A stretch of DNA of 64,000 nucleotides, taken from positions 960,001 through 1,024,000 of the forward strand of contig CAVSNY010000007.1 of the NCBI GenBank assembly GCA_963729605.1, written 5' to 3'. Source of the DNA: an uncultured Gammaproteobacteria bacterium. Its GTDB lineage: Bacteria; Pseudomonadota; Gammaproteobacteria; DRLM01. A model generated the notes under the pieces. The model searched no databases, was not told where the DNA came from, and worked only from the letters and a program-made list of their open reading frames with translations. How positions within the stretch are numbered: the stretch's first letter is position 1; the number at the start of each line of letters is the position of its first letter. This document shows, in pieces, positions 10,326 through 20,312 of the stretch. The translations under genes and the position numbers were made by a program.

Positions 10326-11897
10326 ATGAGCGGACCCCTACAGCCCGGCGTGGATAGCCCGGTGTTATCTTCCGGCGAGCAGACGCCCGTTTGGCGTTCG
10401 CCGCTGGTGCTGGCCGGCCTGTTGGTATTGGCGGTGCTGGCGCTGTATTGGCAGACGGTGTTGTCGATGGAGGCGATCTGGTCGCGCTCCGAAACCTTTA
10501 CCCACGGCTATTTGATCGCGCCGATCAGCCTCTTTTTGATTTGGCAGCGGCGTAAAATCCTGGCCGCCATCGCGCCGACGCCGGATCCGTGGGGCTTGCC
10601 GGTGCTGTTCCTGATCGGCGTGGTGTGGCTGCTGGCCCATTACGCCAGCGTCATGGTGATCGAACAACTGGCCATGGTGGCGATGATCGCGGCCACGGTG
10701 TGGACGGTGCTCGGGCGGCGCATGTTCTGGGCGATGCTCTTCCCCTTGGCGTTTTTGTTTTTCGCCGTGCCGGTCGGCGAGGAATTGATCCCGCCCTTGA
10801 TGGATTTCACCGCCGATTTCACCGTGGCGGCCTTGCAGTTGAGCGGCATTCCGGTGTATCGCGAAGGGACTTTTTTCGAAATACCCAGCGGCCGCTGGTC
10901 GGTGGTCGAAGGTTGCAGCGGGGTGCGTTACCTCATCGCGTCGGTGACCCTCGGTTGTTTGTACGCTTACCTCACTTATCGCAGTCCGCTGCGGCGGACG
11001 GTGTTCGTGCTCTTGTCGATCATCGTGCCGATCATCGCCAACGGCCTGCGCGCTTATATGATCGTGATGATCGCCCATCTCAGCGACATGAAGATGGCGC
11101 TGGGCGTCGATCATTTCATCTACGGCTGGGTGTTCTTCGGCCTGGTGATGCTGCTGTTGTTCTGGGCGGGCTCGTTTTGGCGCGAGGATCATCTGGAACC
11201 GGCCGGCCCCTCGGCGGTTCGCGCGAATACCGTCGCCGCGTCCGGCCACCGCTCGCCCTTGGCGGTGGCGGGGGCGGTGTTCCTCTTGCTGGCGGTGTGG
11301 CCGGTGCTGGGATACGTGAGCGCGGCGCGTGACACCGCCGTGACTAACATCCATTTGGCGATGCCGTCACCCGCCGCCGGTTGGCAGGCCGGCGAGCCTC
11401 TCACTGAATGGCGGCCGCGCTATTTGGGTACCGATGCGTCCGTGCAACAGAGTTACGCGCGCGAGGGAAAACAGGCGATGGTGTATCTGGCGTATTACCG
11501 CCATCAGCGTCAGGGCGCGGAGTTGATCAACTCGCAGAACGTGCTGGTCAAGCAGAAAGATCCGGTATGGCGGCAGGTGGCGGACGGGCCGCGGGAGATC
11601 GCCGTCAACGGCAAGCGCATCCAAGTGCGCGAGGGTAAGCTGCGTTCCGGGCAACAGGATTTGCTGGTGTGGCATTGGTATTGGATGGACGGCGTCTACA
11701 CCACCAATCATTATCTCGCCAAATTCTGGGAGGCCAAGGCCAAGCTGTTCGGCGAGACCGGCGACGCGGCCGCCATCATCGTTGCGGCCGAGATCGGCGA
11801 GCAAGGACCGGATGCCGCGGCGGCGGTATTGAACGAATTCGTGGCCGGCATGGAGCCGGCCATGCGCGCCAGCCTGGAGAATGTCGCCAATGACTGA
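10326..11897 (+). CDS. xrtA: Exosortase A fused to C-terminal EpsI domain
   Basis: Eight-TM core with catalytic Cys (VVEGCSGVRY), Arg (ANGLRAY) and His (VDHFIYGW); C-terminal EpsI-like domain (YRHQRQGAELINSQN, LLVWHWYW). Confidence 0.95.
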   Translation: MSGPLQPGVDSPVLSSGEQTPVWRSPLVLAGLLVLAVLALYWQTVLSMEAIWSRSETFTHGYLIAPISLFLIWQRRKILAAIAPTPDPWGLPVLFLIGVVWLLAHYASVMVIEQLAMVAMIAATVWTVLGRRMFWAMLFPLAFLFFAVPVGEELIPPLMDFTADFTVAALQLSGIPVYREGTFFEIPSGRWSVVEGCSGVRYLIASVTLGCLYAYLTYRSPLRRTVFVLLSIIVPIIANGLRAYMIVMIAHLSDMKMALGVDHFIYGWVFFGLVMLLLFWAGSFWREDHLEPAGPSAVRANTVAASGHRSPLAVAGAVFLLLAVWPVLGYVSAARDTAVTNIHLAMPSPAAGWQAGEPLTEWRPRYLGTDASVQQSYAREGKQAMVYLAYYRHQRQGAELINSQNVLVKQKDPVWRQVADGPREIAVNGKRIQVREGKLRSGQQDLLVWHWYWMDGVYTTNHYLAKFWEAKAKLFGETGDAAAIIVAAEIGEQGPDAAAAVLNEFVAGMEPAMRASLENVAND

Positions 11898-13131
11898 GCA
11901 TGCGACGGCCGCCGCGTTGATGGAGGCCGGGCGCCGGGCGCCGGGCGCCGCCGATGCCCTGTCGGCCGCCGCGCCCGGCGCGGCCACGACCCGGCGGCGC
12001 GACGAGCGGCCGCTGATCGCCCATGTCATCTTCCGTTTGGCGGTGGGTGGGCTGGAAAACGGTTTGGTCAATCTGCTCAACCGCACACCGCAATACCGCC
12101 ACGCGATCATTTGCATGACCGATTACACGGAATTTCACCGGCGCATCGAACACGACGCCGTGGCGCTGCACGCCCTGCACAAGCGCGAAGGCCACGACCT
12201 CGGCGTATTCGTGCGCCTGTGGCGTTTGTTGCGCGCCTTGAAACCGGACGTGGTGCACACCCGCAACATGTCGTCGCTGGAGGCGCAGTTGCCGGCGTGG
12301 CTGGCCGGCGTGCGGGGCCGCGTGCACGGCGAACACGGCCGCGACATGCACGACCTCGACGGCAGCAATCGCAACTATCAATGGTTGCGCCGCGCCTACC
12401 GGCCGCTGGTGCACCGTTACATCCCCTTGTCGCGCGATCTGGAAACGTATCTGCGCGACGCGATCGGCGTGCCGGCGGCGAAACTGACACAGATCTACAA
12501 TGGCGTGGACACCGTGCGTTTTCATATCGCCGTGGCCGGCCGCGCGCCGCTGCCGATGGCGGATTTCGCGCCGCCGGGGACCTTGGTGATCGGCACGGTG
12601 GGGCGCTTGCAACTGGTGAAAGATCAGTTGACCTTGGTGCGCGCCTTTCTGCTGTTGTTGCAAGGCGAGCCGGCGCTGGCCGCGCGCCTGCGGCTGGTGA
12701 TCATCGGCGACGGACCCTTGCGGCGCGAGGCGCAAACCATGCTGGAACAAGCGGGCGCGGCGCATCTCGCCTGGCTGCCCGGCGAACGCGACGACATTCC
12801 CGAGTTGCTGCGGGCCATGGATGTGTTCGTGTTGCCGTCATTGGCGGAAGGCATTTCCAACACCTTGCTCGAGGCGATGGCCAGCGGTCTGCCGGTGATC
12901 GCCACCCGGGTCGGCGGCAACGCCGAACTGGTGGTGGAAGGCGTGACCGGCACGCTGGTGCCGGCCGCGCAACCGCAAGACTTGGCCGACGCGCTGGCGC
13001 GTTACATCGCCGAGCCTGCGCTGCTCCGCCGCCACGGCCTGGCCGGCCGCGAGCGGGTGGAACGCGAGTTCAGCATGGAAACCATGGTGGCGCGTTACGT
13101 CGATAACTACGAGCGCCTGTTGCGGCGCTAG
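11890..13131 (+). CDS. PEP-CTERM/XrtA system GT4 glycosyltransferase (TIGR03088-type)
   Basis: RLAVGGLENGLVNL, HGEHGRD..DLDG, VLPSLAEGISNTLLEAMASGLPV; exact start uncertain (11881 or 11890). Confidence 0.9.
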   Translation: MTEHATAAALMEAGRRAPGAADALSAAAPGAATTRRRDERPLIAHVIFRLAVGGLENGLVNLLNRTPQYRHAIICMTDYTEFHRRIEHDAVALHALHKREGHDLGVFVRLWRLLRALKPDVVHTRNMSSLEAQLPAWLAGVRGRVHGEHGRDMHDLDGSNRNYQWLRRAYRPLVHRYIPLSRDLETYLRDAIGVPAAKLTQIYNGVDTVRFHIAVAGRAPLPMADFAPPGTLVIGTVGRLQLVKDQLTLVRAFLLLLQGEPALAARLRLVIIGDGPLRREAQTMLEQAGAAHLAWLPGERDDIPELLRAMDVFVLPSLAEGISNTLLEAMASGLPVIATRVGGNAELVVEGVTGTLVPAAQPQDLADALARYIAEPALLRRHGLAGRERVEREFSMETMVARYVDNYERLLRR

Positions 13132-13156
13132 GCACGGATAAGGAAACGAAGAAATC

Positions 13157-15049
13157 ATGTGCGGTATTGTCGGTATCTTTGACACCCGCGGCGCCGGAAC
13201 GGTGGACCGGGCCCTGCTGGATAAAATGAATCAGAGCCAGTTTCATCGCGGCCCCGACGAAGGCGGTTTGTTCGTCGAGCCCGGCGTGGGGCTCGGCCAT
13301 CGCCGTTTGTCGATCATCGACCTCTCCAGCGGACAACAGCCGTTGTTCAACGAAGACGGCTCGGTGGTGGTGGTGTTCAACGGCGAGATCTACAACTTCC
13401 AGGAGCTGGTGCCCGAGCTGCAAGCGGCCGGTCACGTGTTCCGCACCCGCAGCGACACCGAAGTGATCGTGCATGCCTGGGAAGAATGGGGCGAGGCCTG
13501 CGTCGAGCGTTTCCGCGGCATGTTCGCCTTCGCCTTGTGGGATCGCAATCGCCGGACGTTGTTCCTCGCCCGCGACCGCCTGGGTGTCAAGCCGCTCTAT
13601 TACGCGCTGCTGCCCGACGGCCAGTTGATTTTCGGTTCCGAGCTGAAGGCGTTGCTGGTCCATCCCGGTCTTACCCGCGAGATCGACGCCCGCGCGGTGG
13701 AAGATTATTTCGCCTACGGTTACGTGCCCGAGCCCAAGACCATTTACGACGGCGCCTTGAAACTGCCGCCGGGGCACACGCTCAGCCTGCGCGCCGGTGC
13801 GCCGTTGCCCGCGCCGCGTCAATATTGGGACATTCCCTTCAAACCTTTGCCCGCCTTGAGCGAGGGTGACGCGGCGGAGGAATTGATAGATCGCTTGCGC
13901 GAAGCCATCAAGATCCGCCTGATTTCCGAGGTGCCGCTGGGCGCGTTTCTCTCGGGCGGCGTGGACTCCAGCGCGGTGGTGGCGATGATGGCGCAGGTCT
14001 CGGGCGGCGCGGTCAATACCTGCTCGATCTCGTTCAACGATCCGGCCTTCGACGAGGCGCGTTACGCCGCGCTGGTCGCCGAGCGTTATCACACCAAGCA
14101 TTACGTCGATCGCGTCGAGTCCGACGATTACGACTTGATCGACACCCTCGCGGGTATTTACGACGAGCCCTACGCCGACAGCTCGGCGCTGCCGACGTAC
14201 CGCGTCTGCCAGCTCGCGCGCAAACATGTGACGGTGGCCTTGTCGGGCGACGGCGGCGACGAAAATCTTGCCGGTTACCGCCGTTACCGCTGGCATTTGT
14301 ACGAAGAGCGCATGCGCGGCGTGTTGCCGCTGGGGTTGCGCCGTCCCGTGTTCGGTTTATTGGGCAGCGTCTATCCCAAGGCCGACTGGGCGCCGAAGGT
14401 GCTGCGCGCCAAGACCACCTTCGAGGCCCTGGCGCGCGACGGCGTGGAAGGTTATTTCCACGGCGTGTCGGTGATGAGTGATGCCATGCGCGGCCGTCTG
14501 TTCAGCGCCGATTTCAAAAAACGCCTGCAAGGTTACCGCGCCATCGAGGTGATGCGCGGGCACGCCCGCAATGCGCCGGAGCATCCGCTGTCGCGCGTGC
14601 AATATCTCGACATGAAAACCTATCTGGTGGGCGACATCCTCACCAAGGTCGATCGCGCCAGCATGGCGCATGCTTTGGAAGTGCGCGAGCCGCTGCTCGA
14701 TCACAAACTCATGGAGTGGTGGTCGGGTCTGTCGCCGGATTTGAAACTGCGCGGCACGGAGGGCAAATATATTTTCAAGAAGGCGCTGGAACCGCATCTG
14801 CCGCGCGAAGTGTTGTACCGGCCCAAGATGGGCTTTTCGATACCGCTGGCGGCCTGGTTCCGCGGTCCGCTGCGCGAGCGGGTGCGCGACGCGGTGCTGG
14901 GCGAGAGCTTGGCCGCCACCGGCATTTTCGATCGCGGTTATCTGCGGCAAATGGTGGAGCAGCATCAGTCGGGCCGCCGCGATTACAGCGCGTCGCTGTG
15001 GACGGTGCTGATGTTCGAGGCATTCGTGCGCCAAACGCGCATGGCCTGA
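13157..15049 (+). CDS. asnB: XrtA system asparagine synthase-like amidotransferase (TIGR03108-type)
   Basis: N-terminal MCGI nucleophile Cys, HRGPD, HRRLSIID, FNGEIYN, FLSGGVDSS, LSGDGGDE, KVDRASMAHALEVR. Confidence 0.93.
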   Translation: MCGIVGIFDTRGAGTVDRALLDKMNQSQFHRGPDEGGLFVEPGVGLGHRRLSIIDLSSGQQPLFNEDGSVVVVFNGEIYNFQELVPELQAAGHVFRTRSDTEVIVHAWEEWGEACVERFRGMFAFALWDRNRRTLFLARDRLGVKPLYYALLPDGQLIFGSELKALLVHPGLTREIDARAVEDYFAYGYVPEPKTIYDGALKLPPGHTLSLRAGAPLPAPRQYWDIPFKPLPALSEGDAAEELIDRLREAIKIRLISEVPLGAFLSGGVDSSAVVAMMAQVSGGAVNTCSISFNDPAFDEARYAALVAERYHTKHYVDRVESDDYDLIDTLAGIYDEPYADSSALPTYRVCQLARKHVTVALSGDGGDENLAGYRRYRWHLYEERMRGVLPLGLRRPVFGLLGSVYPKADWAPKVLRAKTTFEALARDGVEGYFHGVSVMSDAMRGRLFSADFKKRLQGYRAIEVMRGHARNAPEHPLSRVQYLDMKTYLVGDILTKVDRASMAHALEVREPLLDHKLMEWWSGLSPDLKLRGTEGKYIFKKALEPHLPREVLYRPKMGFSIPLAAWFRGPLRERVRDAVLGESLAATGIFDRGYLRQMVEQHQSGRRDYSASLWTVLMFEAFVRQTRMA

Positions 15050-15112
15050 AATTGAATGGGCCGGATTGGCGATGCGCGGGCGCGCCAATGCGCATGGGCG
15101 GATTCATACTCC

Positions 15113-15148
15113 CCCTCTCCCGCAAGCGGGAGAGGGTTGGGGTGAGGG
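15113..15148 (+). repeat. REP-like palindrome, CCCTCTCCC...GGGAGAGGG..GGGGTGAGGG family
   Basis: Perfect 11-bp stem ccctctcccgc-aa-gcgggagaggg plus ttggggtgaggg tail; close relatives at 32155-32190 and 32243-32279. Confidence 0.8.
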
Positions 15149-15221
15149 CGTCAACACCACGCGAGGCCATGCTAGCTAAGCGCACCGTAATAGGACATAA
15201 GGAGTCGCGACGCGACGAGTT

Positions 15222-15256
15222 GGTGGGTTAAGGCCTTCGGCCGTAACCCACCCTAC
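15222..15256 (-). repeat. GTAG-family REP palindrome
   Basis: Minus strand reads GTAG-GGTGGGTTA-CGGCCGAAGGCCT-TAACCCACC, i.e. a GTAG foot followed by a hairpin. Confidence 0.75.
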
Positions 15257-15282
15257 ATTGACTACATCGCCTGAAGATCACG

Positions 15283-16521
15283 ATGAAGATTCTGCACATA
15301 TTTGATCACTCCATTCCCTTGCACAGCGGCTACACCTTCCGCAGCCGCGCGATCTTGCGCGAGCAGCGCGCCCTGGGTTGGGAGACGGAGCACGTCACCG
15401 GCGCCAAGCACGCACAGGAATTGGCGCGGCAGGGCAAGACCGCGCCCGCCGAAGAAGAGGTGGACGGCCTGCATTTTTTCCGTGCCCCCGCGCCGCGGGG
15501 AATCTTGGCGGGTTTGCCGGTACTGGATCAGATGGCGGTGGTAAACGGCTTGGCCGCGCGGCTCGCCGAGATCATTCCCCGCGTGCGTCCTGATGTCCTG
15601 CACGCGCATTCGCCGGCCTTGAACGGCCTGGCGGCCCTGCGCGCCGCCAAACGTTTCGGTCTGCCCGTGGTATATGAGGTGCGCGCCTTTTGGGAAGACG
15701 CGGCGGTGGATCACGGCACCTGCAAGGAAGGTGATCTGCGTTACCGCGCCACCCGCGCGCTCGAAACCCATGTGCTCAAACGCGCCGATGCCGTCACCTG
15801 TATCTGCGAAGGTCTGCGCGGCGACATCGCGGCGCGCGGCGTTCCCGCCGAAAAAATCACGGTGATCCCCAACGCGGTGGACATCGAGCATTTTCAAACC
15901 GGCGGCGCGGCCGACATGGACCTCGTGCAAAAATTGGGTCTGGACGGAAAGCTGGTGCTGGGTTTCATCGGTTCGTTTTACGCCTATGAAGGGTTGTCGC
16001 TGTTGCTGGAGGCCTTGCCGCGGCTCCTGGCCCAGTTGCCGCAAACCCGCGTCTTACTGGTGGGCGGCGGCAAGGAAGAGCCGGCCTTGAAACAACAGGC
16101 GCAAGCCTTGGGCGTGGCGGACAAGGTGATCTTCACCGGCCGCGTGCCGCACGGCGAGGTGCAGCGTTATTACGATCTGGTGGACATGCTGGTCTATCCG
16201 CGATTGGCCATGCGTCTCACCGATCTCGTCACCCCGCTCAAACCGCTGGAGGCCATGGCGCAGGGGCGGCTGGTGGTGGCGTCCGATGTCGGCGGTCACC
16301 GCGAGTTGATCCGCGACGGCGAGACCGGTTGCTTGTTTCGCGCCGGCGATGCGCAGCATCTCGCCGACACCGTGGTGCAGTTGCTGGCGTCGCGCCCGTT
16401 GTGGCCGGCGCTGCGCGCCGCGGCGCGCCATTACGTCGAGCGCGAGCGCAATTGGCGGGTGAGCGTGGCGCGTTACGCCGGACCCTACGACGGCCTGATC
16501 CGCGGACTCACCGCGGCATGA
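15283..16521 (+). CDS. PEP-CTERM/XrtA system GT4 glycosyltransferase (TIGR04063-type)
   Basis: MKILHIFDHSIPLHSGYTFRS, YEVRAFWEDAAVDHG, GFIGSFYAYEGL, LVTPLKPLEAMA. Confidence 0.92.
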   Translation: MKILHIFDHSIPLHSGYTFRSRAILREQRALGWETEHVTGAKHAQELARQGKTAPAEEEVDGLHFFRAPAPRGILAGLPVLDQMAVVNGLAARLAEIIPRVRPDVLHAHSPALNGLAALRAAKRFGLPVVYEVRAFWEDAAVDHGTCKEGDLRYRATRALETHVLKRADAVTCICEGLRGDIAARGVPAEKITVIPNAVDIEHFQTGGAADMDLVQKLGLDGKLVLGFIGSFYAYEGLSLLLEALPRLLAQLPQTRVLLVGGGKEEPALKQQAQALGVADKVIFTGRVPHGEVQRYYDLVDMLVYPRLAMRLTDLVTPLKPLEAMAQGRLVVASDVGGHRELIRDGETGCLFRAGDAQHLADTVVQLLASRPLWPALRAAARHYVERERNWRVSVARYAGPYDGLIRGLTAA

Positions 16522-17631
16522 ATGCCACCGCCGCACCCGGTGGGGCCGCCGAGGGCCTGCGGATCGGGCTCGTCGGCCCGCTGCCGCCGCCGGCCGGCGG
16601 CATGGCGATGCAGACCCGGCAGCTGGCCGAGCTGCTGGGCGCCGCCGGCGCACATGTCACGCTCGTGCAGAGCAATGCCCCTTACCGGCCGGCGTTCCTG
16701 GGCCGCATCCCCGTGCTGCGCGCCTTCGCGCGGCTGCTGCCCTACCTCTGGGCCCTGTGGCGCGCCGCGGGGCGCAGCGATCTGTTCCACGTGATGGCCA
16801 ACTCCGGCTGGTCCTGGCACCTGTTCGCCGCACCGGCGATCCGGATCGCGCGCCTGCGCGGCGTGCCGGTGCTGGTCAACTACCGGGGCGGCGAGGCGGC
16901 CGCCTTCCTCGCGCGTTCGCGCGCGTCGGTCGCGCGATCGATGACGCGAGTCGGACGCCTGGTCGTGCCCTCCGGCTTCCTGCAGGCGGTATTCCGCGAG
17001 CACGGCATGGCGGCCGAGATCGTGCCCAACATCGTCGACCTGGAGCGCTTCCACCCCGCACCGGCCCGGCCGGCGGAGCCGCCGCACCTGGTCGTCGCGC
17101 GCAACCTGGAGCCGATCTACGACAACGCGACGGCGCTGCGCGCACTGGCGCTGGTGCACGCCCGCCATCCGGCGGCGCGCCTCACGATCGCCGGCACCGG
17201 CCCCGAGAGGGGCGTGCTCGAGACCCTGGCGCGCGAGCTGGGTGTGGCCGATCGCGTGCATTTCGCCGGCCGGCTCGACCGCGACGGGATGGCGGCCCTG
17301 CTGCGCAGCGCCACACTGGCACTCAACCCGAGCCTGGTCGACAACATGCCCAACTCGGTACTCGAGGCGCTGGCCAGCGGCGTGCCCGTGGTCAGCACCG
17401 ACGTCGGCGGCGTGCCCTTCATCGTGACGCACGGCGTCGACGCCTGGCTGGTGCCGCCGCGCGCCCCGCAGGCCATGGCCGCGGCCATCGTCGCGTTGCT
17501 CGACGACCCGGCCGGCGCCGACCGCCTGGCCCGGGCCGGCCTGACCGCCGTGGGGCGGTACAGCTGGTCGGCCGTGGCGCCGGTGCTGTTGGGCCACTAT
17601 CGTTCCGCTGGTCGACGTCGACAAGGTTTGA
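16518..17631 (+). CDS. GT4 glycosyltransferase; probable +1 insertion near 17605 masks its stop
   Basis: ATGA overlap at 16518. GPLPPPAGGMA, HVMANSGWSWHL, VARNLEPIYD, NPSLVDNMPNSVLEALASG. Removing one C at ~17605 gives ...YRSLVDVDKV-stop(TGA 17629-17631), just before the next ATG at 17635. Confidence 0.85.
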
Positions 17632-17634
17632 GGC

Positions 17635-18983
17635 ATGTACACCCGCCTGGTCTCATCGCTGGTCTTCCCGCTGCAGGAGCGCCTGAAGTCGCACGACACC
17701 GTGCGCGTGCGGCGCGAGATGGAGCGCAGCCAGTGGCTGGCGCCGGAGGCGCTGGCGGCGCTGCAGCTGCGGCGCCTGCAGGCGCTGCTGCGCGCCGCCG
17801 GTGCCGAGGTGCCGTATTACCGCGACCTGTTCGCGCGCCTGGGCTTCGACCCCGCCGGCGTGCGTTCGGTGGCCGACCTGCAGGTGCTGCCGTTGCTGGA
17901 CAAGGCCACCATCCGCGCCCACACCGAGGCGCTCAAGCGCCCCGGCGCGCGGGGCCTGGCCCGTTTCAACACCGGCGGTTCCAGCGGCGAACCGTTGATT
18001 TTTTTCATCGGCAAGGAGCGGGTCAGCCACGACGTCGCCGCCAAATGGCGCGCCACGCGCTGGTGGGACGTGGATATCGGCGACCCGGAGATCGTGGTGT
18101 GGGGTTCGCCTATCGAACTCGGCGCGCAGGACCAAGTTGCGCGCCGTGCGCGACAGGTTGCTGCGCACCCGTTTGCTGCCGGCCTTCGCGATGTCGGAAC
18201 GAAAGCTCGATGAATTCGTCGCTACTTTGCGTGGCGTGCGGCCGCGCATGCTGTTCGGCTATCCCTCGTCGCATCAGCCTGATCGCGCGTCACGCGCGCA
18301 AGCGCGGGCAAGCGCTGAATGACCTGGGCGTCAAGGTGGTGTTCGTCACCTCCGAGCGCCTGTACGACGAGCAGCGCCGCGACATCGAGGACGTGTTCGG
18401 CTGTCCGGTGGCCAATGGCTACGGCGGGCGCGACGCCGGTTTCATCGCCCATCAATGCCCGGCCGGCGGCATGCACATCACCGCCGAGGACATCATCGTC
18501 GAAATCATCGACGGCGAAGGGCGCGTCTTGCCGCCGGGAGAGGCCGGCGAGGTGACGGTGACGCATCTCGCCACCCGGGACTTTCCCTTCATCCGCTATC
18601 GCACCGGCGACGTTGCCGTGCTCGACGACGAGGCCTGTGCCTGCGGGCGCGGCCTGCCGTTACTCAAGGAGATACAGGGCCGCGCCACCGATTTCGTGGT
18701 GGCCGCCGATGGCACCATCATGCACGGCCTGGCCTTGATTTATGTGATACGCGGCGTGGCGGGCGTGGAGAATTTCAAGATCGTGCAGGAATCGCTGGGC
18801 CGGACGCGCGTGCAACTGGTGACCACCGCCGATTTTCGCGCCGAGAGCGAACGGGAAATCGTCGCCGGGATGAAGGCGCGCCTGGGCGAGGGCGTGGACG
18901 TGACGCTGGAACGGGTGGAGCATATTCCCAGCGAGGCCTCGGGTAAGTTCCGTTACGTGATGAGCCGGGTAGCGGCGCAATGA
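17635..18983 (+). CDS. Phenylacetate-CoA ligase/CapK-like adenylate-forming enzyme, frameshifts near 18135 and 18270
   Basis: VPYYRDLF, LPLLDKA, AMP-binding NTGGSSGEP, LFGYPS, NGYGGRDAG, PFIRYRTGD, SGKFRYV. Confidence 0.85.
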
Positions 18984-18992
18984 GTGTGAGTG

Positions 18993-20312
18993 ATGCGTGA
19001 TCTATTCGTGACCTTGGTGGTGCTGGGCAGCCTGCCGCTGATCCTCTATCGCCCCTATATAGGGGTGATCATGTGGTCGTGGATAGGTTATATGAATCCG
19101 CACCGTCTCTCGTGGGGCTTCGCCGCCGATTTTCCGTTCGCCATGATCATCGCCCTCGTGACCCTCGTGGGGCTGTTGTTTTCCCGTGAAACCAAGAAAA
19201 TTCCGTGGACGCGGGAAACGATCACCTTGCTGTTGTTCATCATCTGGATGGGCATTACCACCTTGTTCGCCCTCCACCCGGAGGCGGCTCAGTTGCAATA
19301 CGAGAAGGTGGTGAAGATCCAGATCATGACCTTCATCACCCTCATTTTGATGACGGATCGCCATCGCCTGGAATTATTGCTATGGACCATCGTCGTCTCC
19401 TTGGGTTTTTACGGGGTCAAAGGCGGCATTTTCACCTTGCTCAGCGGCGGCGGCTACCACGTGTTAGGCCCATTGGGGACCTTCATCGGCGGCAATAACG
19501 AACTGGGTCTGGCGCTCATCATGACCGTGCCGCTGATGCGTTATTTGCAGCTGCAAGCCAACAAGGCCATCGTGCGTTACGGCATGTTGATCGCGATGGG
19601 TTTGACGGTGGTGGCGATATTGGGCACGCAATCGCGCGGGGCCCTGGTGGGGCTGGCGTTCATGATGCTGTTCCTGGTGTGGAAGAGCCGTAAGCGGTTT
19701 GCGTTTCTGGTCCTCTTGTTATGCGCGGCCCCGCTGGCCTTCATGTTCATGCCGGAGAGTTGGCATGACCGCATGGGAACTATCCAGAATTACGAGGAAG
19801 ATAAATCCGCCACGGGGCGGATCAACGCCTGGCATTTCGCTTTCAACCTGGCCAAGGACCGGCCGCTGACCGGGGGCGGTTATGAGTCGTTCACCCGCGA
19901 TTTATTCGCCATCTACGCGCCCGATCCCAGCGCGGTACACGATGCGCACAGTATCTATTTCGAGGTTTTGGGCGAACATGGTTTTGTGGGCTTGGCGTTG
20001 TTTTTGTCGTTGTTGTGGTTTACGTGGCGCAGTGCGACTCGGGTGGTGAAGATGACCGCGGGCAAACCCGAGGGGCAGTGGATGTCCGATATGGCGCGCA
20101 TGGTGCAAGTGAGCGTGATGGGTTATGCCGCCAGCGGGGCCTTTCTGGGGCTGGCCTATTTCGATTTCTTCTATCATTTGATGGCGATAGTGGTCCTGTT
20201 GCGTGTGCAAGCCGACAAGCTGCAACAGGGCGATACGCAGACCGAGGCCGGGCCGGCTATCAACGCGCGCGCCGCCGCCGGGACCACCGGTTATATGCGA
20301 AGGATGAAATAA
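18993..20312 (+). CDS. Putative O-glycosylation ligase, exosortase A-associated (Wzy_C/O-antigen ligase family, TIGR03097-type)
   Basis: Multi-TM; WSWIGYMNPHRLSWG, YGVKGG, GTQSRGA, DAHSIYFEVLGEHG, GAFLGLAYFD. Confidence 0.9.
   Translation: MRDLFVTLVVLGSLPLILYRPYIGVIMWSWIGYMNPHRLSWGFAADFPFAMIIALVTLVGLLFSRETKKIPWTRETITLLLFIIWMGITTLFALHPEAAQLQYEKVVKIQIMTFITLILMTDRHRLELLLWTIVVSLGFYGVKGGIFTLLSGGGYHVLGPLGTFIGGNNELGLALIMTVPLMRYLQLQANKAIVRYGMLIAMGLTVVAILGTQSRGALVGLAFMMLFLVWKSRKRFAFLVLLLCAAPLAFMFMPESWHDRMGTIQNYEEDKSATGRINAWHFAFNLAKDRPLTGGGYESFTRDLFAIYAPDPSAVHDAHSIYFEVLGEHGFVGLALFLSLLWFTWRSATRVVKMTAGKPEGQWMSDMARMVQVSVMGYAASGAFLGLAYFDFFYHLMAIVVLLRVQADKLQQGDTQTEAGPAINARAAAGTTGYMRRMK

Noticed and set aside
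16329-18983. 884-aa apparent GT4 / PaaK-like fusion ORF
   Set aside because: The middle ~220 aa are out-of-frame nonsense. The true PaaK N-terminus is in another frame from ATG 17635, and one extra base at ~17605 hides the GT4 stop. Frameshift artefact.
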